Below are positions 56,890-64,000 of a DNA stretch of 64,000 bases, in pieces. The notes under the pieces are model-generated. The model was not told the origin of the DNA and made no database searches. It worked only from the letters and a program-made list of their open reading frames with translations. How positions within the stretch are numbered: position 1 is the first letter of the stretch; every line of letters begins with the position of its first letter. Position numbers and translations under genes: made by a program. This DNA comes from Candidatus Levybacteria bacterium RIFCSPHIGHO2_02_FULL_40_18 (GTDB lineage: Bacteria > Patescibacteriota > Microgenomatia > Levybacterales > GWA1-39-11), in the NCBI GenBank assembly GCA_001782235.1, contig MFOC01000004.1, forward strand, positions 32,945 to 96,944. Direction: 5' to 3'.

Positions 56890-57379
56890 TAGAAATATTA
56901 TTCTTGCGACAATAGTAATTTCGTTTTTTTATTATATTTCAATTATGGCCTTGATAAACAAGGAGCTTGTTTTAAGCATCATTTTTTCCCAATTTTCTCT
57001 AGTCAATAAATTAGAATTGTTTTCCATTATTCTTTTTGGCTTTGTAGGCGTTAATAATATAAACTTCTTACTTCTTGTTTCTGTCGCGATCCTTACGGGA
57101 GCAAATCTTACTCTTTTATTCCAGAGATTTAAATACTTGATCAGACATAAAATCGGTCTATTTTCCGGAGGAAGTTTCCTTACCGGGGTGATCGGAAGCG
57201 GATGCGTTGTAGTTTGCAGCACCATTCCTTTTATTATAGCTTCAAGCTTTACGGGAGCCTCCATCTTTCTTCCTCTTTTTGAGAACCTCAAATATATTTC
57301 AGTTGTACTGCTGTCTTTGTCGCTTTATTTCCTGCTTAAAAATTATAAAGAAGCGTGCATGATAGAGGAGAGGAGGTGA
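56873..57379 (+). CDS. Small polytopic membrane protein with intramembrane CxxxC (GSGCVVVCS)
   Basis: 4-5 TM helices. The ORF track gives 56852. Confidence 0.4.
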   Translation: MKQIISRNIILATIVISFFYYISIMALINKELVLSIIFSQFSLVNKLELFSIILFGFVGVNNINFLLLVSVAILTGANLTLLFQRFKYLIRHKIGLFSGGSFLTGVIGSGCVVVCSTIPFIIASSFTGASIFLPLFENLKYISVVLLSLSLYFLLKNYKEACMIEERR

Positions 57380-57380
57380 G

Positions 57381-57647
57381 ATGTTTATGATTAAAAAATA
57401 TTCGATTCCAAATGCTTTGGCTGCCACAACAGCTATTGTTTATGTAATATGCCGAGCATTAGTGGGTCTATTCCCCGATGCATCATTTGCAGTTGCTCAA
57501 TCGTTGTTCCATGGAATAGAGCTGAGTCAATTGGGCGCATGGAACCTGACAGCGCAGTCCTTTGTCTTGGGCATAATTTCATCAACTGTAACAGCTTGGG
57601 TTATCGGCTATATTTTCGTAGCAGTACATAAAGCGTTTTCAAAATAG
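57381..57647 (+). CDS. Small membrane protein (paralog of 47400..47669)
   Basis: 88 aa with conserved positions shared with the 47400 ORF. Confidence 0.4.
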   Translation: MFMIKKYSIPNALAATTAIVYVICRALVGLFPDASFAVAQSLFHGIELSQLGAWNLTAQSFVLGIISSTVTAWVIGYIFVAVHKAFSK

Positions 57648-57789
57648 GCTTGACAAGCAATTTAAAATGTGCCTAAACTAGTACATATCTAAAGTTCTAT
57701 ATATTCTCGAATTGCTCGAATCTGTTCCGAATAATTCGAATTAATTCGATGGGCATTCGAGGAATTAGGGAAGGAGGTGACTTTATTAA

Positions 57790-57984
57790 ATGAATCAATA
57801 TAAACCGGTTTTAGTTTGGGTACTAATTGTTGCCGGACTCCTTGTTGGATACGAAGGTTTTGCCGGAGTTGAACTGCACGAGCAGATCCTCGGATCCCAG
57901 GTTGGTCAAATCCTTGAACTTATTGTTGGAGTAGCAGCAGTTGTTGTAGCTTATCTTAAACTCACAACAAAGGGAAGAAAATAA
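57790..57984 (+). CDS. Small membrane protein
   Basis: 64 aa with two hydrophobic helices and a strong RBS ggaaggaggtga. Confidence 0.35.
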   Translation: MNQYKPVLVWVLIVAGLLVGYEGFAGVELHEQILGSQVGQILELIVGVAAVVVAYLKLTTKGRK

Positions 57985-57987
57985 GTT

Positions 57988-58293
57988 TTATTCTTCCTGT
58001 CCTGTTCGATTTTGATTTTGGAAGCCACGGTTTTCATTTCTTGGTTCTCTTGGTCGTGCTTCACTGACAGAAATTGCTCTTTCGTCTAAAGTTTGTCCGT
58101 TAAGTTCGGCAATCGCTTTATCCGCCTCTTCATCAGTTGACATCTCAACAAAACCAAAACCACGAGATTTACCAGTGTATCTATCTTTTACTACGTTTGC
58201 TGAAGCGACATTACCAACTTTTGAAAAAAATGATGATAAAGAGTCGTCAGTGGTAGCCCAAGCAAGGCCTCCTACAAATAGTTTTTTAGCCAT
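57988..58293 (-). CDS. RRM-domain RNA-binding protein
   Basis: RNP2 (LFVGGL) and RNP1 (RGFGFVEM) motifs. Confidence 0.85.
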   Translation of the reverse strand: MAKKLFVGGLAWATTDDSLSSFFSKVGNVASANVVKDRYTGKSRGFGFVEMSTDEEADKAIAELNGQTLDERAISVSEARPREPRNENRGFQNQNRTGQEE

Positions 58294-58420
58294 TCATAAC
58301 ACCTCCTATCTTTTGTTCTTTCAGAAAATGTCAAATGGCTAATCAACTTATTATCGTCGAGAGCACTGCTTATTTTCTGAAGCAAGGATATTGTAACATA
58401 TTTTATGTTAAAATCTCAAT

Positions 58421-59164
58421 ATGCAAGTTCGCACAATAAAAACTGAAAAAATAATACCAAGGTCGATAGGACTGTTCGAATTGCTCGATAAGTATATTAA
58501 CGAGTTTTCTGAGGAATCCATTCTTGCTATTGCTTCAAAAGTTGTCTCGATTTGTGAGGGACGAGTAGCCCCGGTTGAGGGTTCGGACAAAGATGAATTG
58601 GTTAAAAAAGAGGCCGATTTTTATTTACCTAAAGAAGAAAATGACTACAATATTTATCTCACAATAAAAAATAATATACTTGTCCCTACAGCCGGGATTG
58701 ATGAATCAAATGGGGGAGGTTATTACATTTTATGGCCAAAAAACCCTCAAAAAACCGTGAATCAAATTCGAGAATACTTAACAAAGAGGTTTAATGTCAA
58801 ATGGGTCGGAGTAATTATTACTGACAGCAAAACTACTCCATTGCGATGGGGTACATCCGGCGTTTCAATCGCTCATTCAGGATTTTTGGCCTTGAAAAAT
58901 TATATTGGCAAACCTGACATCTTTGGCAAAAGCATGAGAATAACAAAAGGAGCTGTTGCCGATTCATTGGCCGCATCTGCGGTTCTTGTGATGGGAGAGG
59001 GGAATGAACAAACTCCCATGGCTATCATTTCGGATGTTCCTTTTGTTGAATTTCAAGACGGGAATCCTACAAAAAAAGAACTTGATGAATTAAAAATTGC
59101 AATCAAGAATGATGTTTATGGGTCAATTTTGAAAAGGGCGCCTTGGCATAGACACAAAAAGTAA
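58421..59164 (+). CDS. Putative gamma-glutamyl ligase (CofE/FbiB N-domain-like)
   Basis: ILAIASKVVSICEGR ... general CofE-like layout. The assignment is from memory and is moderate at best. Confidence 0.45.
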   Translation: MQVRTIKTEKIIPRSIGLFELLDKYINEFSEESILAIASKVVSICEGRVAPVEGSDKDELVKKEADFYLPKEENDYNIYLTIKNNILVPTAGIDESNGGGYYILWPKNPQKTVNQIREYLTKRFNVKWVGVIITDSKTTPLRWGTSGVSIAHSGFLALKNYIGKPDIFGKSMRITKGAVADSLAASAVLVMGEGNEQTPMAIISDVPFVEFQDGNPTKKELDELKIAIKNDVYGSILKRAPWHRHKK

Positions 59165-59183
59165 TTTGTTATAATAATACTTC

Positions 59184-60284
59184 ATGCGGAAAGTTCTTTT
59201 GTTAATTCTTCTTGTGTTTTTGACGGCAGGATATTTGGTTTTCTCTCGTTTTAACGCAGATTCTAACAATTTTCTAACTAATGAGCCTCAAGAAGAGCTA
59301 GACTCTCCTCTAGGCGGAGAGATGCCAGAAGACGGCCCACACCCATTGTCGATTGAAGCATTGCGGAGAGGTGATTATCCAGGTTCGGATATTACTATAG
59401 AGCAGACATTATCCCCAGGTTCAAATTACCAAAGATATATAGCATCATATAGGTCGGAAGGACTAAAAATTTATGGACTTCTGACTGTTCCAAACGGAGA
59501 CGCACCTCCCGGCGGGTGGCCGGCAATAATCTTCAATCACGGCTACATTCCGCCTGCCCAATACAGAACTACCGAAAGATATATTGCGTATACCGACGGT
59601 TTTTCAAGAAACGGATATGTTTTATTTCGTCCCGATTATCGCGGCCACGGAAATTCGGAAGGGCAGGCAACTGGTGCCTATGGATCCAATGGATATACCA
59701 TAGACGTTTTAAATGCGCTTGCATCCGTTAAAAAACTAAGAGATCCCTCAGTTGTCAGTAGTCAGCCTGCCCTGAGCGGAGTCGAAGGGTTGTCAATTGT
59801 CGACGGAAGTCACATAGGCATGTGGGGGCATTCACTTGGTGGATTTATAACTCTTCGTAGCATGGTTGTTTCGCGCGATATAGAAGCCGGAGTTATTTGG
59901 GCAGGAGTTGTTGGTTCCTATGAAGATTTGTTCGAACGTTGGCGAAGGCGCAATGTCCCAAGCGGTATTCCTTCGACTCGTGGCGGAAGCTGGAGACAAC
60001 AACTTTCGTCCAAATACGGAGAGCCGGATGAAAATCCTGAATTTTGGAACTCGCTTTCAGCCAATTCATATTTAGCCGATATTTCGGGACCGCTTCAATT
60101 ACATCACGGAACCGTTGACTCCTCAGTCCCTGTTGAATTCTCGGAAAAACTTTCAGATCAGATGAAAGCGGCAAGCAAAGTTGTCGAGTTGTATACGTAT
60201 CCCGGGGACGATCATGATATTACTTCTTATTTCGGTACTGCCATGCAAAGATCCATCGACTTCTTCAACAAACACCTCAAATAA
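59184..60284 (+). CDS. Alpha/beta hydrolase (S9/dienelactone-hydrolase-like), secreted
   Basis: Nucleophile elbow GHSLGG, a catalytic Asp/His toward the C-terminus (GDDHD) and a signal peptide. Confidence 0.7.
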   Translation: MRKVLLLILLVFLTAGYLVFSRFNADSNNFLTNEPQEELDSPLGGEMPEDGPHPLSIEALRRGDYPGSDITIEQTLSPGSNYQRYIASYRSEGLKIYGLLTVPNGDAPPGGWPAIIFNHGYIPPAQYRTTERYIAYTDGFSRNGYVLFRPDYRGHGNSEGQATGAYGSNGYTIDVLNALASVKKLRDPSVVSSQPALSGVEGLSIVDGSHIGMWGHSLGGFITLRSMVVSRDIEAGVIWAGVVGSYEDLFERWRRRNVPSGIPSTRGGSWRQQLSSKYGEPDENPEFWNSLSANSYLADISGPLQLHHGTVDSSVPVEFSEKLSDQMKAASKVVELYTYPGDDHDITSYFGTAMQRSIDFFNKHLK

Positions 60285-60329
60285 TCTAGCTAGATTTTTT
60301 ATTTCTCATCTTGTATAATAAATTTCACT

Positions 60330-60572
60330 ATGGCCAAGAAAAAAATCGCAGAAGTTTTACAATATACGGCAGTTTTTGAACCAGAGAAAACCGGAGGATA
60401 TTCTGTATCTATCCCTGTTCTTCCAGGATGTCTCTCTCAAGGCGAGACATTTGAAGAAGCTTTAGTAAATATAAAAGAAGCAGCCGAACTTTATTTGGAG
60501 GATCTTAAAAATTCTGAAATTCCCCAGGAAACAAGACCTATTGTCGTATCTCCAATAAATATTCGATTATGA
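60330..60572 (+). CDS. hicB: HicB-family antitoxin (UPF0150)
   Basis: YTAVFEPEKTGGYSVSIPVLPGCLSQGETFEEALVNIKEAAELYLE. Confidence 0.8.
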   Translation: MAKKKIAEVLQYTAVFEPEKTGGYSVSIPVLPGCLSQGETFEEALVNIKEAAELYLEDLKNSEIPQETRPIVVSPINIRL

Positions 60573-60766
60573 AATCTGTCAAGCCAAGGCAGATAATTAA
60601 AGTCTTGGAAGGCAAAGGATTTAAATTCATCAGACAAAAAGGCAGCCATAGATTATACCGCAAAGGCCAATTGCGAGTCACTATTCCGTATCACACAAAG
60701 GATTTAAAACCGGGAACACTTCGAAATATCCTCAAACAAGGAGAACTTACGGAGAAGGATCTATAG
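60569..60766 (+). CDS. hicA: HicA-family mRNA interferase toxin
   Basis: KPRQIIKVLEGKGFKFIRQKGSHRLYRK (YcfA/HicA dsRBD-like). It overlaps hicB by 4 nt. Confidence 0.8.
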   Translation: MKSVKPRQIIKVLEGKGFKFIRQKGSHRLYRKGQLRVTIPYHTKDLKPGTLRNILKQGELTEKDL

Positions 60767-60818
60767 TATTTCACACCGCTAGTTGGCGGGCAGCCTTCTA
60801 AAATGCTAAAATAATTAT

Positions 60819-61241
60819 ATGAATCCGGTAATTTTTGCCATTCTTGCCGCTGCTTCATTTGGCTTATGGACTGTTTTTCATAAACTTGCATCACCATATA
60901 TCAATCAAATCTTTGGAGCAATACTGGTTTCGCTAACTGCTGTAATTTTTGGCGGTATCATTTTTCTCTTTAATATGAAAGGCGTCCAGCTTTTTAGTGA
61001 TATTAGAGGTATTATTTTTGTCGTTCTTGCAGGTATAGCTGCATTTTTTATAGATTATTTGGCACTTCAAGCCTATTCGAAGGGCTTATCGCTGACAATA
61101 GGCGGACCGATTATTATTGGCGGAAGCATGGCCGTAGCGGTTTTAATTGGTTTATTATTGGGGGAGCCTTTAACTGCCATAAAAATTTTAGGAATAATTC
61201 TAATTGTTATTGGTGGAATTGTCCTTGCGTCAATAGGATAG
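60819..61241 (+). CDS. EamA-like (DMT superfamily) small membrane transporter subunit
   Basis: 4 TM helices and a single EamA-like domain. Confidence 0.55.
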   Translation: MNPVIFAILAAASFGLWTVFHKLASPYINQIFGAILVSLTAVIFGGIIFLFNMKGVQLFSDIRGIIFVVLAGIAAFFIDYLALQAYSKGLSLTIGGPIIIGGSMAVAVLIGLLLGEPLTAIKILGIILIVIGGIVLASIG

Positions 61242-61243
61242 AT

Positions 61244-62380
61244 TTATATAGAGGCTAGAGCATCTTTTGCTGCTTTAAGATTCGAATTGTAGAATATGCC
61301 CTTTTGGTATTCGGCGCGGGCGGCTTCGATATTCCCCTGGTTTTTGTAAATATTACCTCGAATAATATAGAGTTCTGAGAAGGCGCGGTTATAATTGTTT
61401 AAAACTCGATCAGTAATTTCGAATACTCGAGCGTAATTTCCAAGTTCGTAATATGCTTGAATCGGCTCTACCTGATACCAAAGAACCCGAAACGAGAGTT
61501 GCTGTTCGACTTGCTCGAATTCGGCAGCCGACCGTTCGTATTCTCCAACATTATATAGCGCGACAGACAAATTAAATCTTGCGGTTATGTCGTTCGGATT
61601 ATTCGAAAGTTCCGTTTCCGCATTTCGCACAGCCTTGCGCCATGCAACTTTTTCGTCTACATCCTCACCAAGTATGGCTTGCGCGACCTCGACTTTATCC
61701 TGCGGCACTAAGACTAAATATTCATAATTAAACTTTTTCCAAATAACATTAAAATCCTCATATGAAAATCTCAAGTTTTTGTTTTGAAGAGAATCGTCCT
61801 GAATTATCTCGCGCGTTGTTTCGTCGTACCCCTTTATAATGCGATAGTGCCCTATATCTTCATTTGGTTTTGTCCATGTCCGCGCGATTATTGGCATGTC
61901 ATAAGTTATGAAATACTTGATGAGTTCGGGATTTCCCATCGGCCGATGAAAGGGGACAAATCCGTATTCTTTTGATTTTTCAGCCAGTTCCTCAAGCGTC
62001 ACTGACTTATCATCATTATCACCGGACGCGATCTGATAGGGGCGAAGGTCATTCCCCAATTTTTCCTGCGTTTCATTTATTCCGTAATATGATAGCGTCA
62101 TTGATAAAGACGCAGGGCCGCAGTTATTAAAAGTTTGAAATACATGGGTTCCTCCGGTTAATATTTTCGAGTTTGGGGGTACCTCAAGGGGGACGGGAGT
62201 GGGCGAAGGAGCCTCGACAAATTTTTGAACAATGTTTTTCTGCGATGTGGTATTATTAGTATCTGTTTTTTGCGATTGATTATTTATGAAGAGAAAGCCG
62301 CTAAAAGCCAAAACACCAAAAGCAAAAGTCAAAAGAGTGGAGAAGAGGAGCTTTTTGAATTTGAGAAGATTATTAAACAT
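61244..62380 (-). CDS. Peptidase C39-like domain protein with C-terminal TPR repeats
   Basis: NCGPASLSMTLSYYG is the catalytic Cys context of C39-like peptidases. TPR-like repeats follow in the C-terminal half. Confidence 0.6.
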   Translation of the reverse strand: MFNNLLKFKKLLFSTLLTFAFGVLAFSGFLFINNQSQKTDTNNTTSQKNIVQKFVEAPSPTPVPLEVPPNSKILTGGTHVFQTFNNCGPASLSMTLSYYGINETQEKLGNDLRPYQIASGDNDDKSVTLEELAEKSKEYGFVPFHRPMGNPELIKYFITYDMPIIARTWTKPNEDIGHYRIIKGYDETTREIIQDDSLQNKNLRFSYEDFNVIWKKFNYEYLVLVPQDKVEVAQAILGEDVDEKVAWRKAVRNAETELSNNPNDITARFNLSVALYNVGEYERSAAEFEQVEQQLSFRVLWYQVEPIQAYYELGNYARVFEITDRVLNNYNRAFSELYIIRGNIYKNQGNIEAARAEYQKGIFYNSNLKAAKDALASI

Positions 62381-63008
62381 GAGCGTTAATTATACCATTA
62401 AATTAACAGCTCTTCATCTTATAGTAATGTCGATCGCTTTCTTGTTGTTGGGGTTTGTGGCTGCTTCTTTACTCCTGAATTCTAATTCCAATAATTTCGC
62501 AAGCTCGGCTCTTTCGGCCAGAGCAGAGAACGAATCATATTGGCTTTTACTTCACAGAAAATCTAATATTGAGTATTTATATAAAGGAGTTCCCGGTGAC
62601 GAATCGCAAAGCGAACTAATTAAGACCTTTAATGTTAAAACGGGAATTCCCGGAGAAAGACCAACTCCGCTGCCACATCTATTAGGACGAGAATATTTCA
62701 TTTTAATCGGTAAAATGAAAACTCCTGACAATCCTGAAACCGCCCCATATTTTTTGACCCTTGATGTTCCTGTCACGGATCAACCTCCATACGGGCCCGC
62801 GGATTATCCTGAATGTCCTGACGGCTGCAATTGGGAGCTTCCGGGATATTTTGGTTTGCACGGAGTGGGCGGGGACAATTCGAAATTATCAAAGGAAGAC
62901 CCGGGGAGCTCTGGGTGTATCAGACATTCAGATGAAGACATTACGTATTTATATAATAATCTTGATCCGAGTCTTGAAGAGATAAGGTACTATATCATTG
63001 ACAATTAA
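62379..63008 (+). CDS. L,D-transpeptidase (YkuD) domain protein
   Basis: HGVGGDNSKLSKEDPGSSGCIRH is the His/Cys catalytic motif. The ORF track gives 62286. The likely start is MSVNYT. Confidence 0.7.
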   Translation: MSVNYTIKLTALHLIVMSIAFLLLGFVAASLLLNSNSNNFASSALSARAENESYWLLLHRKSNIEYLYKGVPGDESQSELIKTFNVKTGIPGERPTPLPHLLGREYFILIGKMKTPDNPETAPYFLTLDVPVTDQPPYGPADYPECPDGCNWELPGYFGLHGVGGDNSKLSKEDPGSSGCIRHSDEDITYLYNNLDPSLEEIRYYIIDN

Positions 63009-63028
63009 CAAATTGACTAATTAACAAA

Positions 63029-64000
63029 ATGACAAGGATGAGAAATATATTTATTGGGCTAGTTAGTGTTTTGGTTTTGGTAGGGATTTTTATTTTTATT
63101 AAGGGGAAATCGAATAGTTCTAGTTTAATTATCGGTTTGATTCCTAATTCTATGACTACTGCCTCACCAACACCCTTTCCATTCCAGGAAATGACAATTC
63201 CATATTTAAGATCAAGAAGTTACGAAAGTAAACTTGGAGAGCTTCGCCAAGTTTCACAAAATTCCGATTACGCCTCTTATTTAACAAATTATAGTTCTGA
63301 CGGACTTCGCATTAACGGATTACTCACTATCCCAACCGGCACACGGCCCTCCGGCGGTTGGCCTGCCGTGGTGTTTATCCACGGCTATATTCCCCCTCAA
63401 AACTATCAAATTCTCGTAAATTATTCCTCTTACGTAGATTATTTGGCAAGAAACGGTTTTGTGGTTTTTAAAATTGATCTTCGCGGCCACGGCGATTCTG
63501 AAGGAGAGGCGGGAGGAGGGTATTACTCGGGCGATTACATTATCGATACCTTGAGCGCGCGTGCGGCGCTTCAAAATTCCGACTTTGTAAATCCTGACAG
63601 GATTGGTCTTTGGGGACATTCAATGGCGGGAAACGTTGTCGCACGCGCGCTTGCGGCTACCCCAAATATTCCTGCGATCGTTATATGGGCGGGAGCGGTT
63701 TACACATATGCAGACTTTTCCCAATATTCGATTGATGATAATTCTTACCAGCCGCCGTCGGAAGATTCTCCTCAAAGAAGAAAAAGGAACGAGCTGTTCG
63801 AAAAGTACGGAAGATTCGACTCAAATAGTGAATTTTGGCAACAGGTTCCCATGACTAATTATTTAGACGATATAAAAGGCGCAATTCAAATTAATCATGC
63901 TACTGATGATCCTGTTGTAAGTATAGACTACAGCCGGAATTTTAATTCGATACTTGATAAAACTCCGATTGTTCACGAGTTAAACGAATACTCGTCTGGC
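63029..64000 (+). CDS. Alpha/beta hydrolase, paralog of 59184..60284 (C-terminus beyond the window)
   Basis: Manually translated. No stop occurs before the window end. GWPAVVFIHGYIPPQNYQ and GLWGHSMAG parallel the paralog. Confidence 0.65.
   Translation, partial: MTRMRNIFIGLVSVLVLVGIFIFIKGKSNSSSLIIGLIPNSMTTASPTPFPFQEMTIPYLRSRSYESKLGELRQVSQNSDYASYLTNYSSDGLRINGLLTIPTGTRPSGGWPAVVFIHGYIPPQNYQILVNYSSYVDYLARNGFVVFKIDLRGHGDSEGEAGGGYYSGDYIIDTLSARAALQNSDFVNPDRIGLWGHSMAGNVVARALAATPNIPAIVIWAGAVYTYADFSQYSIDDNSYQPPSEDSPQRRKRNELFEKYGRFDSNSEFWQQVPMTNYLDDIKGAIQINHATDDPVVSIDYSRNFNSILDKTPIVHELNEYSSG

Noticed and set aside
62378-62381. Overlapping divergent start codons (CATG) of the C39-TPR gene (minus) and the L,D-transpeptidase (plus)
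   Set aside because: This leaves no room for either promoter. More likely one of the true starts is internal (the plus ORF has an alternative upstream frame from 62286, and the minus gene has downstream Mets). I treat it as an annotation ambiguity rather than biology.

Overview
This is an AT-rich (~40% GC), gene-dense bacterial window. Overall it looks like a Candidate Phyla Radiation / Patescibacteria-type genome. Several things point that way. The 16S rRNA has an expanded V1 region and mismatches at universal primer sites, and it is not followed by a 23S gene. EF-Ts is short, housekeeping proteins (MreB, Def, RecR) carry insertions, and secreted proteins carry dockerin/VWA domains.

The main coding content:
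- A translation block: dprA, rplJ-rplL, rpmB, fmt, def, rpsB-tsf, rseP, frr, recR and mreB.
- A 16S rRNA locus followed by tRNA-Cys, a 5' tRNA fragment, tRNA-Ile and two small GIY-YIG nuclease genes.
- A complete thymidylate-cycle cluster: dcd-tmk-dcd-thyA-folA, plus glyA.
- A PQQ sugar dehydrogenase / cupredoxin pair.
- A RimK-like ATP-grasp + DUF785 protease fusion next to a polytopic membrane protein.
- An accessory stretch at 40-48 kb with ArsR, DUF763, a four-helix-bundle 'IVS' protein, Crp/Fnr, YjbQ, an HPF-like and a possible eRF1-like protein.
- A copper/redox island at 49-57.6 kb with CsoR, DUF305, a CopA-type ATPase, duplicated DsbD-like/CcdA-like membrane proteins, DsbA-like, a Sco/redoxin-like protein and a YHS protein.
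- A hicBA toxin-antitoxin pair, and two paralogous alpha/beta hydrolases.

The most interesting structure is non-coding:
- A MITE-like AT-rich hairpin repeat family with five copies. Two are 100% identical inverted copies bracketing a ~6 kb segment.
- A dispersed GC-rich palindromic short repeat that sits in frame inside at least three ORFs.
- A GC-rich structured region with a consensus promoter and no ORF, a candidate ncRNA or riboswitch-like leader.
- A GC-rich (~53%) orphan ORF wedged between fmt and def.
- Recurrent ATTCGAAT palindromic motifs in intergenic regions.
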